Source of the DNA: Candidatus Latescibacterota bacterium
GTDB lineage: Bacteria; Latescibacterota; UBA2968
Reading direction: 5' to 3'
Assembly: GCA_038279365.1 (NCBI GenBank)
Contig: JAYODI010000056.1
Location: forward strand, 1 to 39,937
Length of the DNA stretch: 39,937 nucleotides
Made by a program: the position numbers and the translations under genes. The notes beneath the pieces were generated by a model. The model saw nothing but the letters and a program-made list of their open reading frames with translations. It did no database searches and was not told the origin of the DNA. Each line of letters starts with the position of its first letter. Position 1 is the stretch's first letter. Below, piece after piece: positions 1-9,605 of this stretch.

Positions 1-252
1 ACGCTATCAAAACTCCCTTACTTTTTTGTCTTGAAATATGGGGGGCATTACACAGATATAACGCACCCTATATCTAACGGCACCATAATTGCTCCCTTTT
101 ACCAGAGACAAAACCACCAAAAAGCACGGCACAGATTGCACAATGTACGTGTTGGTCCACGCGGCGAAATTTATCTGGCAACAAGCAATCGCGATGGGCT
201 TGGCCCAATTTCAGGATATGATCGCATCATGCAAATTACCCTCAAAAAATAA
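1..252 (+). pseudogene. C-terminal fragment resembling a PQQ-dependent glucose/sorbosone (aldose sugar) dehydrogenase; truncated by the window edge or degenerate
   Basis: RLHNVRVGPRGEIYLATSNRDGLG...YDRIMQI matches the family C-terminus (RxRxVxxGPDGxxYxxTSNRDGRG...DDRI). The frame is open from base 1, but the first ~45 codons do not resemble the family. Confidence 0.45.
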
Positions 253-281
253 TCATCAGTACTGACAAAATAGGAGAAACG

Positions 282-1253
282 ATGAGCACATATTTGGAAA
301 CCACATACGATGTCTATCGCGAAGCCGCACACAAACCTCAAGCATCTCTTTGCTGCACCACATCCAAACCCTATGCGTTTCCAGGCTTGGTCATTCCAAA
401 GCAAATGTTAGAAATGAACTATGGATGTGGCACCACCATACACATACAAGATTTAAGACCAGATATGACCATTTTATACGTAGGGGTTGGAGGCGGAATG
501 GAAGCCCTCCAGTTTGCTTATTTTACCCGACGTCCAGGATCGGTCATTGCGGTGGACAGTGTTCCCGAAATGCTCGAAAAAGCACGCGAGAATCTCGAAA
601 TCGCTGCCGAACAAAACCCTTGGTTTGACCCTTCTTTTGTTATCATTAAAGAGGGTAATGCTTTAGACCTACCCATCGCAGATGATACCGTAGACTTGGC
701 AGCTCAAAATTGCCTATTCAATATATTCGTGTCCCACGACCTTGAAAAAGCACTTCGAGAAATACACCGCGTATTGCGCAAAGGTGGCATGCTGTCCAAT
801 TCCGACCCCATATCAGAAGACCCCATTCCAGACCACCTAAGAGCCGATGAACGCTTGCGAGCCCAATGTCTATCTGGCGCCATCTCACTGAGTGAATATG
901 TCAATGCCATTACCAACGTCGGATTTGGCACAGTAGAAATTCGTGGGCGAAGACCATATCGTTTATTAGATCAACGGCGCTTTGATGTGCCCAAAGACAT
1001 TCTCTTAGAATCTGTAGAAGTCGCCGCATACAAAGACACCATGCCAAACGACGGGCCTTGTGTCTTTACGGGTCGCTCCGTATTTTATACAGGTGATGAG
1101 GCATGTTTCGACGATGGTAATGGCCACAACGTAATACCCGACGTGCCACTCGCCGTCTGTGACAAAACAGCACGATGGTTTGAACAACAGGAACGAGAAG
1201 ATATTTTTGTCACACCATCTACCTATCATTATGGTGGTGGCGGATGCTGCTAA
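282..1253 (+). CDS. arsM: Arsenite S-adenosylmethionine methyltransferase, arsenosugar-biosynthesis (cyanobacterial) subtype
   Basis: N-terminal LCC, NYGCG, SAM motif YVGVGGG, QNC and AQCLSGA cysteines, C-terminal GGGCC; RBS AGGAG upstream. Confidence 0.88.
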   Translation: MSTYLETTYDVYREAAHKPQASLCCTTSKPYAFPGLVIPKQMLEMNYGCGTTIHIQDLRPDMTILYVGVGGGMEALQFAYFTRRPGSVIAVDSVPEMLEKARENLEIAAEQNPWFDPSFVIIKEGNALDLPIADDTVDLAAQNCLFNIFVSHDLEKALREIHRVLRKGGMLSNSDPISEDPIPDHLRADERLRAQCLSGAISLSEYVNAITNVGFGTVEIRGRRPYRLLDQRRFDVPKDILLESVEVAAYKDTMPNDGPCVFTGRSVFYTGDEACFDDGNGHNVIPDVPLAVCDKTARWFEQQEREDIFVTPSTYHYGGGGCC

Positions 1254-1326
1254 AAGAAAGTGGCCAAAGACACAACAGATTCCTCATTTTAATTTTGTAG
1301 ATCATGGCCAATTTGAAAGGACAATA

Positions 1327-2286
1327 ATGGCTCAAACAGACTTCATTGCCAAACAAGCGTTGGAGAAATTCAAACATCCCGACACCACTGCCGATGGCGA
1401 GGTTCGCGCATCTGTACATCTAAAAAAATTAGAAACCCTGTGGTTCAATACGGGTACATTGTGCAATTTAGAATGCACACATTGTTATATAGAATCATCA
1501 CCACGCAACGATCGCTTGGCCTACATCACAACCGATGAAGTACGTGCCTATTTGGATGAAATCAAACACGATCATTGGGGAACGCAAGAAATAGGATTTA
1601 CGGGTGGTGAACCATTCATGAATCCCGAAATCATTTCCATGTTAGAACTCAGTCTCACACGTGGTTTCCAAACACTGGTCTTAACCAATGGCATGCGCCC
1701 CATGCAAAAACAGTCTGAGCACTTGCTCAACCTCAGGGCGCAATTCAATAATCAACTTCATTTACGCATATCGCTCGATCATTATACCCCCCCTCATCAC
1801 GAACAAGAACGGGGCATACGCTCATGGCAACCAACCCTACAAGGTTTAAAGTGGCTCTCAGACCACAAATTTAAGATCTCTGTTGCTGGGCGCTCACTTT
1901 GGAACGAAGATGAAACACATATAAGAGCAGGCTTTGCGAAGTTGTTTAACGACCAAAACATTGCCATTGATGCCCATGACCCCATTCAATTGGTGATCTT
2001 TCCCGAAATGGACGAAACGGCAGAAGTGCCCGAAATTACAACCCAATGCTGGGGCATTTTAGATTTGTCACCCGATGCAATGATGTGTGCATCTTCACGC
2101 ATGGTTGTCAAACGCAAAAATACTTCCCATCCCATTGTGCTATCGTGTACCCTCTTGCCCTACGACCCACAATTTGAATTGGGAAAAACCCTATCCGATT
2201 CAAAAAAAGAAATCAAACTCAACCATCCTCATTGTGCCAAATTTTGTGTCTTAGGGGGCGGCTCTTGTTCCAAATCGCAAACTTGA
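1327..2286 (+). CDS. Radical SAM protein (WFNTGTLCN family) with a Cys-rich C-terminus
   Basis: CxxxCxxC motif CNLECTHC, GFTGGEP, LTNG, MMCASSRM, HPHCAKFCVLGGGSC. Start moved to ATG 1327 (AAGGA upstream), which removes the overlap with arsM. Confidence 0.85.
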   Translation: MAQTDFIAKQALEKFKHPDTTADGEVRASVHLKKLETLWFNTGTLCNLECTHCYIESSPRNDRLAYITTDEVRAYLDEIKHDHWGTQEIGFTGGEPFMNPEIISMLELSLTRGFQTLVLTNGMRPMQKQSEHLLNLRAQFNNQLHLRISLDHYTPPHHEQERGIRSWQPTLQGLKWLSDHKFKISVAGRSLWNEDETHIRAGFAKLFNDQNIAIDAHDPIQLVIFPEMDETAEVPEITTQCWGILDLSPDAMMCASSRMVVKRKNTSHPIVLSCTLLPYDPQFELGKTLSDSKKEIKLNHPHCAKFCVLGGGSCSKSQT

Positions 2287-2462
2287 AAACTCATTTTGGC
2301 ATAAATCCTATTCACAATCACAATATTCTTCATTCAAATATTTCAGCGTTTGTTCTTGATCTGGGTTAGAAAAAAGCTTTTTCTTTTTGTGCAGCCAAAA
2401 CAACAAACCAGCAACATACACAAACCAATCGAAACAGCGTGTTTCATTCTCCCCTCCAATAA

Positions 2463-3359
2463 TCAATCAAACACGGGCCCCGTCCACGAAACCCCAGCCA
2501 CCCACATTTCGCCTGCGGGAAAGTTGCGCCCCCCCGCACTGATGCGCAGTGCAGTTTCAAGGCTAAAATTATAATAAGGCCCTATCAAAAGCGTGGGCGC
2601 AACAGAGGTCAGGCGCTTCACATCTCGAGGCAATGTGAGATTGAAAACGGTTGCGGCTTTGCCACGAATGCCTTCCACCTTAACAGCCAGCAAAAGTTTA
2701 GAAATGGGTTGATATCCCACTTCAGCATTAAAAAGCCATTCGTCTCCCGGATCGCGATCAATTGTATCATTCTTAAGTCGCAACCGATACCCCACATCTA
2801 AGTTGGCATAAACGGGTAATGGCCAAAACGATTTCCCCACTTGCACAATCACATCAAAGTCCCACTGTCCTTCAGCCACAGGAATAATACCATCTTGATT
2901 TTTAAATTTTCCTGTGGGTGCCTTCATGCCCAATTTGAGGGTGCTCACAAATGGTTTTTGAACCCAGTTGACTTTAAACAAACCACGCATATCACTAAAA
3001 CCAGAAGCGGTTGTGGCCTCACGAAAACCGACGTTTTCAAACCGTTGTCTAAAAAACGGCACTTGCAAACCCACATCAACCCGGTCTGTTATCCCATAAA
3101 ATAAATCAAAAAAAACAGCACGAGAATCATACTGCCCATTCTCGCGATACCTCGCCCGATCTCCAGGTTCATAAATACGAAAAAAGTCAGGCTCGCGACC
3201 ACTCCCCCCAACCGCAACGTATTCTTCATTTGTCGCTTGCATCATCAGTGCAATCTTTGCCCAAAAATCACCCTTTTTAAGCGTCCATGCCCCCGCCCAC
3301 ACCTCAGATGGCATCCACACACATAAAAAGAGGTAAAACAACATCCACTTTAAGAACAT
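2463..3359 (-). CDS. Secreted putative outer-membrane beta-barrel (Phenol_MetA_deg/transporter-like)
   Basis: Signal peptide (VWA-GAW), alternating amphipathic strands, GxxD and KAPTG motifs, aromatic C-terminal strand; RBS GGAG. Confidence 0.6.
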   Translation of the reverse strand: MFLKWMLFYLFLCVWMPSEVWAGAWTLKKGDFWAKIALMMQATNEEYVAVGGSGREPDFFRIYEPGDRARYRENGQYDSRAVFFDLFYGITDRVDVGLQVPFFRQRFENVGFREATTASGFSDMRGLFKVNWVQKPFVSTLKLGMKAPTGKFKNQDGIIPVAEGQWDFDVIVQVGKSFWPLPVYANLDVGYRLRLKNDTIDRDPGDEWLFNAEVGYQPISKLLLAVKVEGIRGKAATVFNLTLPRDVKRLTSVAPTLLIGPYYNFSLETALRISAGGRNFPAGEMWVAGVSWTGPVFD

Positions 3360-3459
3360 CCATCATGCTCCCATTATTTATTTTTTGAGTTGAACAAAAG
3401 AAACGGACGTTGGCCAACCAATTTTACCAACGTCCGTCATCCTCGTAAAACACCGGGTA

Positions 3460-4668
3460 CTAATAAATGCCTGTATTTTGCCAAAAAGTTGCCCAAGCAA
3501 ACCACAAAGCATTGTGTGCGGGAATTTGCTCCAAACGCTTGCCCAAATGCGTGCCTGCAATGGCTTCTCCCTTGATATTCCAAGTACTGCCCGTTTCAGT
3601 GTCTCTCATCACAAAAGGAGACACTAAAGCAGGTGAAGACAGCGTCACCTTTTCAAAGGTTAGCAATTGCCCACCAATCATTCGAGAAAACGGCACGGCA
3701 TAATTTTCTTTTCCATAAAACACCACCACAATATCACGCCCCCCTACCTCATCATTGATAACAGCTTCCTCACCCATGATCTGAAAGGGATAAGCCTTTG
3801 CAATTTCTCCAAAACGCACCCCCAATGCAACCGACTTTGGTGGAAACAACTGCGCGGTGGCATTGTCGGAAAGCCTTGGAAACGAAGGAAAATTGGGCGG
3901 TGTTGAAGGCTCCAAGTAACTGCCATACGGATATTGGTTGTACCTACCCGATGAATAGGTTCCTGCATTCACACTGATCACTTTAGACTCGGGATACAAT
4001 ATTTTCCAATATCGCCAGGTGGTCTCAATGACGGGCAATAAGCTTAATTCACTATTGCCTCCCGAACCCGGCACAGGCGTTTGAACCATTTGCGAATACA
4101 ACGTGCGATCATCTCGGCGATCATACATAATCAAGTTGTTGTTAAACAGCAACCCCGACACCCCACAAGTCAACCGCTCAGCACCTGTGCCACCATCAAA
4201 AACCAACCCAGTGCCGGTGAGCGGACAAAAACTCACAACCACAGGATGACCGCCCACCACATCATTTACAATTTCATGCCACCACCCCATATTGTGCGGA
4301 TAAGCTTTGGCCTCACCATTGATAATCACACCCAAAACCAGATCATCATCGCGCAGATAACCTGCTTCGGGAGATGTTAAAGCCACAAAATCTGGATCAG
4401 TCAACGCAGGAATGCCATCTTTTGGCACACCACCAGATAAAATCTGATCGGTCGGAAAATTGACCAAAAAATTACCGCCCGTTACAGGTGCGCGATTAAC
4501 CGATTCCGTATTTACTTGCCCGCCTTCAACACCTTCACCAACAGGATTGCCAGGAGTAGGGCTCAATAGGGTTGTGTCCATTGATTGACAAGACACAAAA
4601 AAACATACGGCCACCCCACCCCAAAGAACAAACAAATACAAAGTAATTTTGCGATTCAAACTACACAT
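3460..4668 (-). CDS. DUF3179 domain lipoprotein (Cys form, CPLT motif)
   Basis: GGVPKDGIPAL, KAYP..WHEIVNDVVGG.PVVVSFCPLTGTG, GVSGLL.NNNLIMYDR, WFAW; lipobox-like FVSC; GGAGG precedes ATG 4668. Confidence 0.85.
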   Translation of the reverse strand: MCSLNRKITLYLFVLWGGVAVCFFVSCQSMDTTLLSPTPGNPVGEGVEGGQVNTESVNRAPVTGGNFLVNFPTDQILSGGVPKDGIPALTDPDFVALTSPEAGYLRDDDLVLGVIINGEAKAYPHNMGWWHEIVNDVVGGHPVVVSFCPLTGTGLVFDGGTGAERLTCGVSGLLFNNNLIMYDRRDDRTLYSQMVQTPVPGSGGNSELSLLPVIETTWRYWKILYPESKVISVNAGTYSSGRYNQYPYGSYLEPSTPPNFPSFPRLSDNATAQLFPPKSVALGVRFGEIAKAYPFQIMGEEAVINDEVGGRDIVVVFYGKENYAVPFSRMIGGQLLTFEKVTLSSPALVSPFVMRDTETGSTWNIKGEAIAGTHLGKRLEQIPAHNALWFAWATFWQNTGIY

Positions 4669-4814
4669 CCCTGACCTCCATGAAATCTTAAGCACATCCT
4701 CACATCAAAAACTATCATGATTGCATGAAACCTGTGTGTTTTCTCTATGATAACACACACCCAAAGTGTCATCATCAGAGCAACACAAAACGCGGCGAAG
4801 CATACACGCGGCTT

Positions 4815-4863
4815 AAAACGCAAAAGACGTGCCACCAAATTGATGGCACGTCTTTTGCGTTTT
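4815..4863. terminator. Long inverted repeat, probable intrinsic terminator downstream of mscS (possibly bidirectional)
   Basis: Perfect 20-bp arms aaaacgcaaaagacgtgcca / tggcacgtcttttgcgtttt around a 9-nt spacer. Confidence 0.7.
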
Positions 4864-4944
4864 TAAACAACCTGAAAAAAATTGAAGATCCATCATTACA
4901 TCATTTTTGTGTTCAAGAAGCAAAAAAAAGGGCCGAAGAATCAT

Positions 4945-5085
4945 AACAATCAACCCATTGCCACTTGCTTGGTGACCGCTTTGTGCAACGGCTATCGTGT
5001 ATAGCCGCACGGTGGAAAACCAGACTGTCACATTTGATATGAGTGGCAAAGCTCTGGAAAAACGCGCTGGTCACATCTAACAGGC
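4945..5085 (+). pseudogene. Frameshifted fragment of a selenocysteine-containing DUF3179 paralog
   Basis: Reads NNQPIAT/(shift)AW-TGA-PLCATAIVYSRTVENQTVTFDMSG/(shift)KLWKNALV, colinear with HPVVVSFCPLTGTGLVF...TCGVSGLLFNNNLI of the neighbouring gene; TGA at 4973-4975 sits at the Cys position. Confidence 0.7.
4983..5010 (+). promoter_or_regulatory. Candidate bacterial SECIS element
   Basis: Stem cggctat/atagccg (4989-5007) with loop cgtgt (G second, then U), 20 nt after the UGA; lower gtg/cac pairing. Confidence 0.55.
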
Positions 5086-6255
5086 GGAGCCATCGAAGGC
5101 CCCCTCAAATTTCTCACCCTGAATACCATAAAACCCAGCCTGCACAAAAGCCGCCTTAGCCCGTTCCGAAACATCACTTGAAAAAGCAAATTCATATCGC
5201 GTATCCAATACATAGGCTTTTACCTTCAGTTTGGTTAAAAACCCTTTGTCATAAGCATCTTGAACCATCACCACAACCGGTTTGTTCAAATACACAAATC
5301 GCGATGTCACCGCCGCCTCATAGGCCAGCTTTTTGGCCACTCGAAGATCCACAGTAGGAGGCAAATACAATTCGATCACCACCTGACAATCCAAAGCACC
5401 CGTATTCGAGTTCGAAACCGATTGATTGACCAAGTCGCCATTGGGAATGGACACCACAGAATCATCTGGCGTAACAATACGCACCGTGCGCAACCCAATG
5501 TTGATCACCTCGCCATAATGACTGCCCACCTGAATCTTATCACCCACTTGGAAGGGGCGGTCTAAAATAATCAATACCCCACCAAAAATATTCTTCAATA
5601 CATCTTGCGCGGCAAAACCAACTGCCAAACCAGCAGACGCGGCAAATGCAAATAACTTATCAGTTGATGGATTAAAAATACCTGAAATAACCAAATATAT
5701 GGCGGCCGACCACATCAAAATGCGCACAACCGGAATCAACATCATCAACTTAAGACGATATTGCCCAAAACGCTCTGCAGCAATACCAATTAACCAAGTC
5801 ATCAATCGCACACAAAAATACGTGCCCACCAAGATAAAAAACGCGGCAACGATATTGCCCAACGAAAAAATATTACCTAATTTCCCAGCCGTTTTTGACA
5901 ACTGTTCCGTTGCCTTTTTGCGCACACCACCCGATGTAGAATCGGCTTTTGTCGAATCTGAATCAATATAGGGCTGTTTCCCCCCCATCAATACAACGGT
6001 CGTATCGCTCACCTTGCCCAGAGCACCGCTTGGTTCGTCAATCAGCAAAGAATCCGCAACTTTGCCCGTTAAGCGATCGGCAACCACAGGTGCCACACCC
6101 ACCGAATCCGTTTGCCCATATGCCTGATGACGCCCCCCCAATACATACAAACCGATGCCCAGCATCACAAGCATGACCTGAACGACCTTCTTGTTTTTTC
6201 CACAAAAAGAACTTAGAAAACAGATGTCAACATCTTGACACATTCTCATGTTCAC
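5077..6255 (-). CDS. MscS family mechanosensitive channel with an N-terminal extension (true start may be ~25 codons downstream)
   Basis: AGLAVGFAAQDVLKNIFGG..IILDRPFQVGDKI, GEV..IGLRTV.I, IPNG. Confidence 0.9.
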   Translation of the reverse strand: MNMRMCQDVDICFLSSFCGKNKKVVQVMLVMLGIGLYVLGGRHQAYGQTDSVGVAPVVADRLTGKVADSLLIDEPSGALGKVSDTTVVLMGGKQPYIDSDSTKADSTSGGVRKKATEQLSKTAGKLGNIFSLGNIVAAFFILVGTYFCVRLMTWLIGIAAERFGQYRLKLMMLIPVVRILMWSAAIYLVISGIFNPSTDKLFAFAASAGLAVGFAAQDVLKNIFGGVLIILDRPFQVGDKIQVGSHYGEVINIGLRTVRIVTPDDSVVSIPNGDLVNQSVSNSNTGALDCQVVIELYLPPTVDLRVAKKLAYEAAVTSRFVYLNKPVVVMVQDAYDKGFLTKLKVKAYVLDTRYEFAFSSDVSERAKAAFVQAGFYGIQGEKFEGAFDGSAC

Positions 6256-6321
6256 TGCAACCTCACAAAATAATTGCCATTAAGCATCAAACACGATAAA
6301 CAAATACCACTTTAAATGCGT

Positions 6322-9300
6322 TTAATAAAAAATATGCCGATTCCACAACAAATCGACCAAAGGACGGCGCATAACAGGGTTAATCATATACCGCACATCA
6401 CCGCCTTCATCAACACCCGGTCGAATCTGAATCAGATTGTCCGATGCCAATGTGGCCATCATGCCTTCGCTAACGGCTTCCGACGATCGAAAGACCTCCA
6501 TATGTTCACGAACAGTGAGTGTGCCTTGCTGCAAAACAGCCGCCAAAGTAAACAATTTATCCACATTCAATTGATTCAAAAATGCAAACCGAAACGGCTT
6601 TAATAACTCAACATACACCGTGTCATCTTTAATTTCTATGATCGATCGGAGCCAATAAAACAAAGCAATTTGAACATTGCCCTTCGAGGCATCAGCCAAG
6701 CGCTCAAAAAAGATATCGCGCAAAACATTTTGTTGGGCTTTTTCATCCCCTGTCTTTTTTAATCGTCTCATAACAGAAGGGGTGTTCTCTGAGGCAAAAA
6801 GCAAACCATACCCACTCACCTCATGGCGAGCCATAATCACTTGGGCCAATTCATCACCCGACAAATTACGCGTCTCAATGACATAAGAAAAGTATTCAGA
6901 AATCTCGACCACTGCATCCAAATAACGCCACGCAGATTCGGTCATCGACAAACACCAAAACACTTTTCGCGATGTGGTAGATATTAATTGTAACAAAGCA
7001 CGAATAACCTCCAACCCACCAATGCGTCGCATAAACAATTCGTAACCATGTTCCAACAAAATCACACAAGGCGTTTCGCGAGCCATAAAATATTGCGCCA
7101 ATTCATCCATTGAAATGGTTTTTTTTATGCCCAACAAAACACACATAATACGGGTAAGATCGGCTTCCGTATTCACCGTTCCATCAAATGCATGGCGATA
7201 CACTTCATACTTACTAAAAAGCTTTGGTGTGGCACAATTTATGAGCGTGGTTTTTCCCGTTCCCACCTCTCCAACAAGGGCCAGTGCACTGGGCCTGTTC
7301 TTTTCCCAACGAGCAACCGCTTCACGCATCGTATCCAACTCATCCGACCGCGCCACCAAGAAGTCTTCTGTTTGCAAGGGCACCATACGGAACAATCGAC
7401 GGTAAATGGACGGCAACTGCTCCAATTGGGTGTTACTCAAATCTGCTTCGTCAATCGTCGTTTGTGCCTCGTGCTGTGCTACGGGTGTAAGCCCTAACAA
7501 GCGACGCACATAAACCACACCCGCCTGCCCTTGCCCCAGGCCCCATTTCTGGGCCTTTTTCAAACGCCCCCAAAATGCCGAGCCAACCCCTTCGCCAAGT
7601 TCTGCATAACCTTCGGCATGCGATTTGGCCAAGCGTGTCAATCTGCGCAGGCGCACATCCAACCCACTGCCAGGCTGTAGACTTTTTTTGACCTTCCCAA
7701 TAGCCCCATTCACCGATTCCAATATCCCCGCATCCACCTGATCTGTCACAGACTTGACTTCTTCAATCAAGTCTGTGACGCGCGCACCTGCACGCGACAA
7801 CCCACCCACCACAATTTCTTCAGCCGTATTTAACACTTGTCTGCGGTCTGTTGCATCACCATCCATTTCGGCAATACCAGACGCCACATTAAACCGAATT
7901 ACCTTCCAAATATCTTGTAATACGTTTTGTGCATGGACATACAAATCAGCCAAACGTTGTCGCAAGGCGTCCAATTCGGGTTGCACTTCCTTTTCAACAA
8001 GGGGGCGCACAAGCTCGCGTACAGGTACGCGCAATGTTTCACTTTCAGGGGGTGGTTCTCCCACAGACCATTGAGGGGGTTCACCAACCCAAAAATCACA
8101 GTCTCCCCCAACTTGCCGCATGAGATTAACCGACGCCTCTGCAAATAATGCCAAATCTTCACGACCATGAGACACCGTACGTCCACGATCAATTTGCTGC
8201 ATGGTATGAACCGTATAACCTGTTGATAAATTGGTAACCAAGGCCTCCAATTGATCTTGTAAAGTTTCAATCGCTTGAGCAAAAAGTGTGGCATCTTGAT
8301 CTTCTACATCTTTTTTGGTCGCTTGAAACAGATTTTGTGCTTCTTTTGAATCATTTAGGCAACGTTCTTCCATCCATGTCAAAGGTGTGACTAAAGTCCT
8401 TTCAACATGGTGTGACACACGCTCGCGGATGTCTTCAACATATTCCGTGGCCTCATATTCAAACGACACGATTTCCAAACCCAAATCAAAACTGCCCAAC
8501 ATCCCCCGATACAATCGTTCCCAATCTTTTTCTAAACTTCCATATCGTTTTTGAAGGCGAATTTTGCCAAAATAAAGCCGAAAGGCACGCGTATAAACAT
8601 GCCAAGGTGCATCAATGCGATCTATTGAATTGCGTAAGGCTGTTCGCAAAGTTCCAAAACAAGCAGCCATTTCTTTTTCGGCCAACTCACCCCGTGCAAC
8701 CAAAGCCAGGAGCGCTTCTTCACACACCTGCTCCAAAACCTGATGATCGGCTTCTTGATCACCAGTATATTCTTTTAAAAACACATCCCACAAGCGACGC
8801 AAAGCTTGCACCGTAATTGCCGAAATCTCAAAACGATGTACAAGCGCAGCCTCCATCTGCAATCCCGTTAGCAAATGTGTTTGCCCAATGCTGCCCAACC
8901 ATATTGTTCGAAGCTGAACAGGCAACGCACGTTCGGGTCGATCTCTCCATCTGCGTACCACATTTCCCAAACGCCGGGGCATCCACCTCACTTGCAGAGT
9001 AAAGCGACGCCAAAGTTTATAGATCCGATCATCTAAAGCATCACCATTTTGTGTTACCAACAAAGTTCTGTCTAAGGGTGCTATCAAAGCTTCTGGCAAT
9101 GCCAAACTTGTCAAAACCGTCTCAGGGTCCGCCCGCACAAATGCAACCGATGGGCGCAATCTGACAAAACGCGCATCATCTAACAACCCTTTCAACCGAT
9201 TGGTCAATGCCCCCCGAGCATCATCAATATCACCCGTTGGGTTTTGAATCACCTCAACGGCCATATCCGTGGCCTCTCGCAACAAGTCGGATGCGTCATC

Positions 9301-9423
9301 CACAATTTGGGCAAGACTTTTTTCGTGCCATTCGGCTTCCAAACGGTCTATAGCTTGCCATATTGGAGTCAATGCGCTGTCTATCGAATCAATGGTTATA
9401 TCATTTTGAGTTGTATCATTCAT
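6322..9423 (-). CDS. Large P-loop ATPase (AAA/STAND-like C-terminal domain, long helical N-terminus), function unknown
   Basis: Walker A GEVGTGKTT preceded by LVARSDEL; Walker B-like ILLEH; SKGN motif and a winged-helix-like tail; 1033 aa. Confidence 0.7.
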   Translation of the reverse strand: MNDTTQNDITIDSIDSALTPIWQAIDRLEAEWHEKSLAQIVDDASDLLREATDMAVEVIQNPTGDIDDARGALTNRLKGLLDDARFVRLRPSVAFVRADPETVLTSLALPEALIAPLDRTLLVTQNGDALDDRIYKLWRRFTLQVRWMPRRLGNVVRRWRDRPERALPVQLRTIWLGSIGQTHLLTGLQMEAALVHRFEISAITVQALRRLWDVFLKEYTGDQEADHQVLEQVCEEALLALVARGELAEKEMAACFGTLRTALRNSIDRIDAPWHVYTRAFRLYFGKIRLQKRYGSLEKDWERLYRGMLGSFDLGLEIVSFEYEATEYVEDIRERVSHHVERTLVTPLTWMEERCLNDSKEAQNLFQATKKDVEDQDATLFAQAIETLQDQLEALVTNLSTGYTVHTMQQIDRGRTVSHGREDLALFAEASVNLMRQVGGDCDFWVGEPPQWSVGEPPPESETLRVPVRELVRPLVEKEVQPELDALRQRLADLYVHAQNVLQDIWKVIRFNVASGIAEMDGDATDRRQVLNTAEEIVVGGLSRAGARVTDLIEEVKSVTDQVDAGILESVNGAIGKVKKSLQPGSGLDVRLRRLTRLAKSHAEGYAELGEGVGSAFWGRLKKAQKWGLGQGQAGVVYVRRLLGLTPVAQHEAQTTIDEADLSNTQLEQLPSIYRRLFRMVPLQTEDFLVARSDELDTMREAVARWEKNRPSALALVGEVGTGKTTLINCATPKLFSKYEVYRHAFDGTVNTEADLTRIMCVLLGIKKTISMDELAQYFMARETPCVILLEHGYELFMRRIGGLEVIRALLQLISTTSRKVFWCLSMTESAWRYLDAVVEISEYFSYVIETRNLSGDELAQVIMARHEVSGYGLLFASENTPSVMRRLKKTGDEKAQQNVLRDIFFERLADASKGNVQIALFYWLRSIIEIKDDTVYVELLKPFRFAFLNQLNVDKLFTLAAVLQQGTLTVREHMEVFRSSEAVSEGMMATLASDNLIQIRPGVDEGGDVRYMINPVMRRPLVDLLWNRHIFY

Positions 9424-9605
9424 ATATATGTCTTACCTAAAAGAGACTGAAACAGCAACAACCAGATTTGTCCTATTAAATGACAAAATCTAAGGCCACA
9501 ACCCACTTACATTTTTAATTAAGCCATCTTGTTTCAATTTGACAGTCAGGCATATTCCTGAAAAAAACATCCAAACAGTTTCCGTAAAAACGTATTGCAA
9601 GCATC

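Noticed and set aside
1159-1326. N-terminal extension of the radical SAM ORF overlapping arsM
   Set aside because: No family resemblance; a better start with an RBS exists at 1327.
4725-5049. Short opposite-strand ORFs sharing LKTQKTCHQ
   Set aside because: Artefact of translating the 20-bp inverted repeat on both strands.
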